NCBI GenBank assembly: GCA_021772615.1
Contig: JAJFLQ010000029.1
Coordinates: forward strand, 9,338-73,337
Source: Verrucomicrobiota bacterium
GTDB taxonomy: Bacteria; Verrucomicrobiota; Lentisphaeria; JABSQK01; JAJFLO01
Direction: 5' to 3'
Length of the DNA: 64,000 nt
Under the pieces are notes generated by a model, which was not told the DNA's origin, searched no databases, and worked only from the letters and a program-made list of their open reading frames with translations. The translations under genes were made by a program, and so were the position numbers. This document shows, in pieces, positions 51,101 through 63,100 of the stretch (within the stretch, counting starts at the first letter, position 1; each line of letters begins with the position of its first letter).

Positions 51101-54100
51101 GCAACGGCGCGGTCGACGACGACGAGCGCAGCAACCGCGTGACCGGCATCCTAACGACCACGTTCACGGCCACCGCGTCGTATGTCGAATTCGTACCCGA
51201 GGAGTTGTTCGAGCCCGCCGCGCCGTATCTTGTCGAAGTCATTTCACCGCCGGCGCATCAGAAGCGGCCGCTGGATCCGTGGAATCCGGAAACCGTGACC
51301 GGCATCCGTGATCTCGAAACGTACGCCCTGACATCCGACGGACTCCTGGCATTCACGACATCGGCGCTCGCGGACGAGTCGCGGTTTCAAATCACCTCGG
51401 TTGCGCCCCGTTTTCTTCCGGGGAGCCGCAGCAATCTCTTCCGCGTGACCGGCCGCGGCTTCACACCCGGCATCCAGGTAACCGTCGGCAATCGCGTGCC
51501 CGACAGCGTCACCGTGCTGAATGCGGAAACACTCGAAATCAGCGTCCCGCCCCTGAACAGCCGCGACTTCGGCATGGCGGCCGTCACGTTATCGAATCCC
51601 GGCGGGATCCGCGACACATACTACGGCGCCGTGGTCTACATCCCGGCGGTCCAGGTATTTTCGATCTCGCGCGACACCGGCCGGCCCGACGGCGGTTTCC
51701 GCGTCACGATGGCGGGTACGGGATTTATTCCCGGCGGGACCGAGGTGTTCTTCGATGAAACGGTCCCTGCCGAGGACGTCCGGGTTCAGGCACTGGACCG
51801 GCTTTCGTTCATTGTGCCGTCGGGCAATTTCGGAACGGTTGACGTCAGCGTGGTTGTCCACGGTGTGGTCGATGTGCTGCCGGGTGCGTTTACCTACACA
51901 CTGCCGGCCCTGCCCTCCCCCGGACATACGTTTGGCCTCGGTGCGATTCGATCGTTGATCCTCAACGATCAATGGGGCATCCTGTCAGAGTCGAAAGGCA
52001 CCGTCCGCACCATCGACATCAGCGATCCGCTGGATATCACGACGCTCGACACACTGGGGTATCCGGCGAAGTCGATCGTGTACCAAGCGCCGATCCTCTA
52101 TATTGGCAACGGCGCGCGGGTGACGCGCGTCGACGCAACCCGTCCCGCGGCGCTGGACGTCATTGATCACACCGGCGTGACGGGGATCGTGAACGACGTG
52201 ATCGTCAAAGACAACCTCCTGATCGCCGCGACCGGATCCGGCCTCGATATCTTTGCACTGTCGCCCTTCAACACCTACCAGCGGGTAACGACGATCCCGG
52301 TTGCCGGCGGTGTGTCGGTGATGGCGTCGCGAGGGGCGCTGCTGCTTCACGACCACGTCGTCGACGGCGAGCCGCAACTGTGCATCCGCGATCTCAACGC
52401 CGACGGCATGCCGGTCCTCGGCAGCACCGTGCTGGCGTCGGCGCCCGCGCGGATCCAGATCGTCGACAACCTCGTGTACGCCGCGTGCCCGGCGGCGGGC
52501 GTGGCGCAGGTCATCGACTACACCGCCCGCGACCTGCCGATTACACTCGCGTACATCAATCCGGTCGACGACTTCGCCGCCGGCGAGGCGCCGGTCAACG
52601 ATCTGCAGGTGGACGGGACGATCATGTACATCGCCTGTGCCGACGCCGATCTCCAGATCTTCGACATCACCGATCTCGATGCGCCGGAACTGCTGCAATA
52701 CGGAACGATCAGCGGCGCCGCATCGGCCGTACGTTATCAGGACGAATTCGTATATGTGGGCACCACGGGCGGGCAGCTGCATGTGTTCCCGTTCCTGGCG
52801 CCGGCGGTCCGCGGCGTGACGCCGGCCTATGGCGATATCGCACCGGTTGAAACGCCGGTTCGGCTCGCGTTCAATACGATCCTGCGCACCCCGGTGAACG
52901 CCGGGCGTTTCGAACTCACCGACGACACCGGGGCCGCCGTGACCGGGAGGCTGCTGCATTCGATCGCGGACAACCACTCGCTGCTCACGTTTCGACCGGA
53001 CCAGCCGCTGGCAACCGATTCCGAGTACACCGTCACCGTCACGCCCGGAATCGAAGACCTGGCAGGCCGGTTACTGACACACACGTATCGCAGCCGTTTT
53101 TTCACCGCCGGCGTCACGGCCGCCCGCCGGCCCGGCATCACACGGGTCTCGCCGGTCTACGGCCTGATCTCAGGCGGCGATACCGTCGACCTCTTCGGCA
53201 GCGGATTCTCCGACGACATGGTGATTCTGTTCGGCGACCGCCCGGTGTCCGACTTCCGCGTTGAAGACAACGGCACCCGCGTGACGCTCGAAACGCCGGC
53301 GGCCGCCGGCGCGCATTCGGCATCCATCACCGTACGCGATCACAGCGGTCTCGCCGACACCCATTACGCGGCATTCACCTACATCGATTTCCCACGGATC
53401 GATACCGTTCAACCGGCCTCGGGGCAGACCGGCGGCGGGAATGTGGTGACCGTGCGCGGCCGCGGCTTTTATCCCGGCATCCGGGTGGCGGTATCGGGAC
53501 GTGAGTCCGACAGCGTCGCGGTTTCCGGACACGAGACACTGACGTTTACAGCGCCGGACGGCATCGTCGGGTTCGGCGACGTCACGGTCATATCGGAGTT
53601 GGGTACGACGGCGACCGCCGGGCAACCGGACGGATATCTGTTTACATTGCCGCAGCGCTACGCGTCGGCGCCCCTGCGGCACCCGGACTTTGTGCTGACC
53701 GACGGCAACCTGCCGCGGATGATTCTGGGCGCGGACGGCAATGCGTTCCAGGTGTTCACCGCGTTCACCCCATTGACGCCGGAACCTGCCGGCGCGGTGG
53801 CTGTTGACGGGCCGCCAATCACGCACGTCTCACACCGGGATCGCCTTGCCGTCGCGTCGATGGGCGACCGGGTGGCGGTGATTGACTTTACCGATTTCCA
53901 ATTCCCCGAGATCACGGCGGTCAAGACATTCATACCGCCAACGCGTGTGAAAAAAGCGTTTTTTGCAGGCGACCTGATCCTCGCCTGGGACGAGCAGCGC
54001 AACGTGATTTACGGCCTCGACCACAGTGACAACGGCCTTGCGATTGTCGCCGAGATCCAGCCGCGGGACGGCTCCCAAATCGTAGACATTCTTGCGGTAT

Positions 54101-57100
54101 CCGACACCGACAACACCATGACGATGGTGACGTCCCGCGACAACCGGCGCCATCTTGAACGCCGGCTGCTGCATACCGAGGCGTTGCCGCTCGAGGACGG
54201 CGTGGAGCTGCCGGCCGGATATCGCTCGCTGTCGTTCTACAGCCGGCTGCTGGCCGCACCGGGTCCGGCCGGAATCTCGGTGATCCCCCTGGATCACCCG
54301 GAGGACACGGTCACCATCGCCGGCGATTACACCGCTGTAGCCGTACGGACGGGAATTCTGTTTGCGGCGCGATCGAACCGCATCGACGTTTGGGATCTCG
54401 GCGATATCGGGAATCCCGAATTCAAGACCGAGATCCGGCTCACGGACCACATCGTCGAACTCCATGAATTCGACGGGCTGATTTATGCCGGCAGCGGGTC
54501 CCGAATCATCACCGCGGAGACGCCGTTCACGTATATTTCCGGTAAGACGCCGGTGCACGCCGCCGCAACCGCTCCGGAAACGACGCCGTTGGTATTCGGT
54601 TTCCCGGCGTTGTCACCGGCGGAACATCGAATCGCGTCCGCATTCTCGATGCGCCTCAACGACGCCGACATCGGCTTCTCGCGGTCCGCGACCGACCACC
54701 AGGTCCAACTCACGCCCGCCCCGTCGTTAATACCCGGCGACCGGCTGGTCGTTGAACTGCAATCCGCGGACGGCGCACTCATCGGCGACGAACTCAGAGC
54801 GACGGTGGTCACGGACGTGATCGTAGCCGAGACGCCTGCCGCCTCGGCGCTGACCGTCACCGGCATTGCACCACGATCGCTGGTCGATAACGGCGAGCCC
54901 GCCGCCATCGTCATCAGCGGCAGCGGATTCGCGACCGTCGAGAGCATTCTGGTCGGCGGGATTGAGGCCATTGTCGACTTCCGCGACGACACGGAATTCC
55001 AGATTACCGTTCTCCCAACAACCACGTTGGCCGGCATTACCCTGATCGATCGGGTCGACGGTCAGGATGTGCCGGTGCACGCCGGCTACCTGAACGTTGT
55101 CGAATCACTGGAAATTTCATCGTTGGCGCCGACGACCATCGGCTACACCGGCGGCATCTCCGGTTTCATCGCCGGCGCCGGTTTCAGTCGGGACATGCGC
55201 CTGTTCCTGAACGATGTCGCAACCTCGATCGAAGGTTTTGCCGGTACGGACGCCGTGCGATTCGTCATACCGGCCGGGGAATCGGACATCACCCTGCGCC
55301 TCGAGAAGCCCGGCGCGACGCCGGTCGTGCTGGAGGACGCGATTGTGCGCGTGGACAATGTGCCGCCGCGAATCGTCGGCGATATCGAGCCGGCGGATCG
55401 TATCGGCATCCCGGTCAGCGCGACCTTCGCCGTGACGTTTTCCGAACCGATTGACATCAACGATTTCGACCTGTTTCGTCCGCTGCGACTCACGGACGCG
55501 TCCGGCAATGAGATTCCGACCGAGCCGTATTTCTGGGATTTCAATGATACCCGAGTTGAACTGGTGCCGATGGACCTGCTGAGTTCGGCGACGCTGATCG
55601 ATCTTCATTTTGACGGGGCCGTCGATCTCGCAGGCAACGTCCTCGGTGGGATCGCGGCGCGACGATACAGCACGGTGGATGACGGCGATCCGACGATCGC
55701 GTTGATCGCCCCGCAGGACCAGATGCCGGTGCAATCGGAAAGCGTCATTCTGCTTCAGGCCACCGTTGCCGACAACCTCCAGGACGTACATGTCGGCAGC
55801 ACTCACCTCGGCGTGTCGGCACACAACATTCAATTCTTTGTGAACAACATCCTCGTCGACGAAACGGTCCGCATCACCGACGGCGTTGCCGAGGCGCCGT
55901 ATACCACGCCGGCGGTGGCTTTCGAAACGATGCTGACCATCCACGCCGTCGCTGAAGACGCCGCCCGCAATACCGCGGAAACGACACCGGTCGAGATCAC
56001 CGTGCTGCCGATCCAGGCCCCGACACTTGCATTCATTGCGCCGACTCCCGACGACAACAGTGTCATCGGTGAATTCGGCCGGTTTACCGTCGCGGTCGAC
56101 GCGCACTCCGACCGGGGCATTGACCGTGTCGCGCTGTACATCGACGCTGTGCTTGCGGCCACATCGAACGCGGCATCAGCGGTGTTCTCCGGGCTGTCGG
56201 CGCCGCCGAACGGGCCGGGTCACGTTTTCAACGTGGACGCGATTGCCTATGACCGGAACGGTCTGGCGTCGGCCCCAATTCGACGCACCTACACGATCGG
56301 GCCGGAGATGGAACCGCCGACGCTGGTGATGCTGACGCCGGAGGAAGACGGCGGCGTGCTCGAAGGCTTGCCGTTGCGGATCGAACTCGACGCAAGTGAT
56401 AACAAGGGGATCGCTCAGGTCGCCATCTACGAGATCCTTGACGGACAGGAGACACTGATTCGACAGCTGACTGGAACGCCGTGGACGGCGTCGATAGCGA
56501 CGCCGCTGGTCGACCATGACGAGACACGGACCATCCGGGCAGTCGCCGTAGACGTGACGGGCCTGGAGACATCCGTCGTCCGTAATGTACTCACCTGGAA
56601 CGATACCACTGCGCCGACGGTCGCGATCACGGCGCCGGACCACGGAAGCCGCTACGACGAAGACCAGCTCGTGAACGTGACGGTCGAAGCTGCCGACAAC
56701 GGCGCTGTACAACAGGTCACGCTGACGACGCCGTCGGGGGAATTGACCGATGACCGGCCGCCGTACCGGTTCTCATTCGCCATGCCGCTCACCAGCATTT
56801 CCGCGAGGACCATCGAAATTTCGGCCGTTGCCGCGGACCGCGCCGGGAACCTGTCGCGACAGGCATCGATCGACCTCGTCTCCCTGGACAGGACCGGTGC
56901 GGTGGTGTCCACGCCGATTGCCGTGACGCCTGCGCGCGATCCCCAACCGAGTGGAGCGTTCATTACCGTTGATGCCTCGATCGACACGTTTTATCACTTC
57001 AATCCGCTGTTCGACGACGACGTCGCATGGCAGGATTCCACGGTCACACTGGTCCACGACGGCAATGTGGTTCGTTCCGCACGGTACGGCAGTGTGCTTT

Positions 57101-60100
57101 CATGGCAGCTCCCCGCGGTCAACGTTGCGACGACGATGTCGATCCATACGATGCTGGTCACGAGCGACGGCAATGCCATTGAGAACGAACTCGCGTTGAC
57201 CGTTGCACCGCTCGCAATTGTGATGACGACGGCGGAACCGCACACGGTCGCCCCGGACACACGCAAACGACTGCACGTTACCGGGGTCTGGAACGCCCCG
57301 GCAACGGTCAACATCCTGGTCGACGGGACAGTGATTGCAACGCTCGAAGACGAGCCGTTTGTGTACGACTTTCCCGTACCGGACATGGATGCGGGCCAAC
57401 AAATCACACTGTCCGCTCGGCTCCTCGACGGCGGCGGCGCGCAGATCGACGGGGATCCGTTGATATTGACGATCGGTGACGACACAACCCCGCCGCAGAT
57501 CGTCGCGCTCGACGCTCCGGCGTCCGCGATCGAGGGAACGCCCGTTACCGTGCGGATCACTGCCGCGGACGATGTTGCGATCGATCATGTCAGGCTCACG
57601 ATCAACGGCGACGCGCTGGTGCTGCCGGCGGATGACGCGACGCCGGTCGACAGCCCGGACACGGAGGCCGCGGCGCTTGCGTTCACGACAACCTATGATC
57701 TGCCGGCGCTTACGGACATCGCCGACGGGGCGGTCGGGTTCGACGCGGTCGCCGTTGACACCGGCGGCAACGAGTCGGCGATCGCGAACGGCGCCATATC
57801 GGTCCTGGTGGATCCGTCGCCGCTCGCCCCGTCGATTGTATCAATCGAACAGCCGCTCCCGGGAACATCGTTTATCGAAGGTACGACCATCGCCGTGCGC
57901 GGCGCCGCCGAAGACACGGACGGGACGGTCGCCGCCGTCGTCATCGCGTTGGCGTCCGGGCAATCGCATCAAGCCGGCGTCGTCGCCGGCGCCTTTTCGT
58001 ACGACCTTCCGCTGCCGGTTGCCGATGGGTTTACGCCGCTGCTGCTGACCGTCACGGCGATTGACAACGGAGGGAACCTGTCGGCGCCGGTGGAGGTGTC
58101 GATCAATCTGGTCGACGACGTCGAAAAGCCGGCGGCATCGCTGATTGTCAGTCCGTCGCCTGCCGTGGCTGCCGGCACGCGTCTGCAACTCGACGCGCAG
58201 ATTACCGACAACGTCGCGGTTCAGCAGCTTGAACTGCGCGTGGTCGATGGAAACGGCGTGGTGTTTGCTGAAATGCCGGACCTGGCGGAGCAGCGATTGG
58301 CGGCATTCGCGTACAGCCGCGACGTTGCCGTACCGGCTGCAGCCGCAGGCGACGCGTTGGAAATAACGTTGACGGTAACGGATGTCGCAGGAAACTCGAC
58401 GCGGACGACCCGGCGCCTTGACGTGATGCCCGGACTGCACCTGGCCGGGCACACGTGGAAGCTGCAGCAGACCGAGTCGCTGCGTGCGTTAATGCGGGAC
58501 CGCGGTACGGTCTATGGTGTTTATGACGTACAGCGCCCGGACCGGCCGGACGAATCGTTCGTGGTTGCCTTTGATGACGCTGCGCCGGTACGCGATATTC
58601 GGTCGATCATCGGCGTGCCCGCACCGGTAACCGCGCTGGCTGCGGCATGCGATCACCTCTATGCCTTCACGGCAACCGGTGAAGTCTTCATCTACGACGG
58701 CTCGGCGCCGGATACGCTGAGTCCGCGGACCTCCGTGGACATCGGGACGGTGTTCACCGGAGTCGCGACGGCGGGCGGCGCCGGACTTGTTGCGTACAAT
58801 CGAGACCAGGTCTGCCGGATCGATCTTGGAGACTGTCTGGATCCGGTCATCGAACGGACCGCGGCGGTCACCGGCGTCGACCGTGTCGAAGTCGTCGGCG
58901 ACACCGTATATGTAGCGGCCGGCAGTGTGTTGAAACTGCTTGATTACCTGACGCTGTCACCGGTGCGCCAGATCCCGGTTTCCGCGACGGCGGGACTGGT
59001 TTTCAACCGGACCGGATTCTGGGCGGCGGGCGATCGCGCCATCCGATTTGTCGCTGACGGATTTCCCTACGGCGCCGTCGATGATCCGATACGGTATCCG
59101 GGCCCGGCACTCAACCTGCCGACGCCGGTTGTTGCCGTGCTGCCGATTGCGCCGACGTTGGTCGGCGTGGTGCTCGACGATCGTGTCGTTGTGGTCGGCT
59201 TCGGCGATCGTTACACGTTGCGTTCGTACGGAACCATAATGTTGGAAAAAACGGCCGCGTCAGCGATCCTCACCGGAGACGGCGACATCCTGATCGCCCT
59301 GCCCGACGGCGAGATGACGCGGATCGACATCGCGTTGCCCGATATCGACGCCGCGCCTGACGTGGACCTCGAGTTGACCGGACTGGCGCAGGACATCGCC
59401 ATCATCAATTCAACCGCCGTCGTGGCGCAGGGATTGTTCGGGATGTCGGTTATCGATCTGTCGCTGCCGCAATTTCCGGAGGTGATCGGGACGTTTCAAT
59501 CCGACGGTCTCGTGCTCTCCCTCGATGTTCTCGGCGACGCGATTTACGTTGCGAACGGCTTTGCCGGCGTCACCCGGACACGCCTGTCCAACGGCGGCGG
59601 CACGCTGACCGGACCCGCGGCACGGGTGCAGGGCGGTGCGCGCAAGGTGGCGGCGGGAACCCGCTGCGTGACCGTGCTCGGCGCCGGCATTACCGTCCTC
59701 GATCCGGTGTCGCTGGACGTGCAATCAACGGTTGCGGTCGGCGGCACGCCAATCGACATCTCCATGAGCGGCGACATCCTGGCAATCGCTATGGCCGGCG
59801 GCAACTGCCTGATCTATTCCGTGGAGGCACCGGCGACACCGACATTGCTCGCATCCTTCGCTGCGGGAGTCGATGTTTCATCCGTGTACCTGGCCGGCTC
59901 GCAACTGTACCTCGGGATCCTCAATCCGGATCTCGTCAGCTGGGACATCGACGTATATGATCTGGACGATCCGCCGGCGCCGCGGTTCTCGCACATGCTG
60001 AATGCGGCGCCGTTGCCGTCACCGATTGAATCGATGCGCGTGTTGGGTAACGAGCTGTACGCCTTCGCGGGCGCCGGCGGCGTGCTGAGATTCGACCGCG

Positions 60101-63100
60101 CCACCGGCGACGTGCGCGAATTGCCGTCTCGAGACTTTGCTTTTTCCGGTGCATTTCTGGGACAATTTCTCTATGTCGCCGATGGCTACGGCGGTCTCAA
60201 CGGCATCGCGATCGATCGCTCAGACACGGCGGCGGGCCTGTTCGTGTCAGCGCCGGCCCAGACATTCACGCTGCCGCAGGGCGGCGAGCGTGTGGTGGCG
60301 ATCGATGCCGGCGATCACTTCGGAATTGCCGGGGTCGCATTTTATCTCGACGACCAGTTGCAGTTCGAGGACACATCGTATCCGTACACCTTCGACCTTG
60401 CCGCGGCCGTGGACGATGCACCTGGCGTTGCCTACGAAGTACGGGCGGAGGTACGCAGCCGGCGCGGCGGCCACGCGACCATGGCGGGCCCGGTGACGGC
60501 ATTCGTTGCGCCGCAAATCGATGCGCAACCGCCCACGCTGGCGGAGGTCTCGGCGCCGGCAACGGTTAGCGAAGGCGACGTCATCGAGATATCCGTCGAC
60601 GCAACGGATAACCTCGGGAACCCGCTGGTTGAACTTTACGTCAACGGCTTTCTCGTCGCCGTCGATGCGACGCCGCCTTATGAATTCGCGTACCTTGCAC
60701 CGCAGGTGCATCAGGACGCCGACCTGACCGTGCTTGTCACGGCCGCCGACGCCGCGGGCAATACCGCGCGTGATTCATCCGTCGTCCGCGTGATCAATCA
60801 GCTGCTGCCGCCGGCGGCGCCGGTTTTCACCGCGCCGATCGACGGCGCCGACGTCGTCCAGGGCGCCCCGATACGGATCGCAATCGCGACGCCCGGGAAT
60901 CAACCGGCAGCTGCGGCCCGATTCTACATCAACAATGTTCTTGCCGCGGAGGACCGTCAGGCGCCCTACCAATTTTTCTACGCACCGCCGGAGACCACAA
61001 CGGCTGATATCATGATCTCCGCCGGTTTCGTGAATTTCGCAGGCCAGGCCGGGCAAATTTCGACCATCACGGTGCATCCCGTCAGCGATCGCCGGCCGAC
61101 GGTTGCCTTTACCCATCCGACCCCGAGCAGTGCGTTTGTGGGCGGCGCCGGTATCCCGGTTTCGATTGACGCGACCGATGATATCGCGGTGGAAAGCATC
61201 CGGATTTCACTGGACGGCCGTCACATCAGGACGTTGGACGGAACGGTATCGACGTTTGATCTGCAGCTTGCCCCGGTGGATACGCCGGAATCGCATACCC
61301 TGACCGCGGTCGCCGCGGACAACCGCGGCCAGACGGCATCGGCACAGGTTACGTTCGACGTCGTGCCCGACCAGCCGCCCGTCATTGCCAATGCCGTTCC
61401 CGCCGACCGCAGCGAACGTCTGCGCGGACTTGACATCGTCGTCGAGGCCGACGTGACGGACGATGTCGCGGTGGAGCGGGTCGAGTTCTATCGCGACAAC
61501 ACCCTGGTCGCCACCGTTCCGGCGCCCGCCGTCGATGATCGATACACCGCGATCATGACGATTCCATTTGATCACGCCGCCGACGCGCTTGATCTCACGC
61601 TGGTCGCCTACGACCAGGTCGGCAATCACAGCACGCTGCAGCACACCATCTTCCTGGCAACCGGTGCGGCGCCGGCGGTTGATATTCTGTCGGCGACATC
61701 GGCAACGGCGTTCATCGAAAACACCGCGGTGAGCCTCCTGATCCGGGCCGCGTCGCCGTACCCGATCGACGACATCACCCTGTTTCTGGATGGTGCGCCG
61801 GTCGCAACAACGTCGAACCCGCTCGGCGACGGTACCTTCTCGACGTCCCTGTTGCTCCCGGCGATCACCGGCGCCGAACAATCCATCGCGATCGACGCCG
61901 GGGCCCGCGACGCCCACGGGCAGACGGGGGTTTCTTCAACAACCACGATTGTGGTCGTGGCGGATCAGCCGCCGAGCGGGTCCGTGTCGGTTATCCCACC
62001 GCATGGCGCCGGGATTGTCGAAGGCGATGCCGTGACCATTCGGGTTGCGGCGCAGGACGACCTGGCCGTCGCGGAAATCGTCGTGTTCGCCGAAGATGCG
62101 GAAGTGAATCGTCGCCAGGTGAGCGGAACCGGATCATTCGACTTCACGTGGACGGCGCCGGGTGTTCCGGAAGACGAGGATACGACGGCACTGACGATCT
62201 ACGCCGGGATCACAGACTCGGCCGGGCAATCGGCGACAACGGACTTGCTGTCGGTGACGATCCACCGCGACCAGCCGCCGAGTGCGGCGCTGCTCAGTCC
62301 GCTGCCGGGCGCCGAGGTGGTTGGCGGATCATTGCTGCCGGTCGTGGTTCAGGTCGACGACGACAAGGCGGTCGCGGGCGTTGAGGTTTTCTTTGACGGC
62401 ATCGGCATTGGCGCGCTCAGCAGCATCGGCGACTCCCTGTACACGGGCAACGTCCGAATTCCCGGCGCACCGGCCGGACATGAGGGCGTATTGCTGGTGC
62501 GGGCCGTTGATCAGAAGGATCAGATTGGCGTATCGGGCGGCGTTCCCGTGCGCATTGTGTTTTCCGCGGGCGTCGCTGCGGAGATTCCGGGCAACGAGGC
62601 GGCGCGAATCGTTGCGATCGGTGATGACGTCCTGCTTGCCGGCCGCGGCGGTGGGCGCGTTATCGGTATCGATTATGATAACGGCCTGACGCCGGCCGGC
62701 GACACGGTCACTCTCAACCGGCCATCACACGAATCCATCGTCGTCATCGGTGTCGATCCCGTGGTGACCGAGGGCGTCAGACTGGACGTTCTGGAATCCT
62801 TCGCGGCGGATACGGATTACCTGCTGGCGGAGATTGCGTTCATCGATGCAGCCGGGTCGGTGGTCCGTCCACAGCTCCTGGGCGCGTCGTCACAGGATCC
62901 CGAAAATCCCGTTGCGATGCTCACCGACGGCGTCCCGGATCCCGGGACGGCGGCGCCGTACGGCACGTACGACAGTCTGCTGACGGCGAACGGCTTCAGT
63001 CCTTCGGAGCCGGGGGCGTCGTTTATCACCTTTATTTTCGCCGAGCCGGTGGAGATTGCCGAAATTCGCCTGTTCCAATTCGCTCATGACCGCCGCCGTG

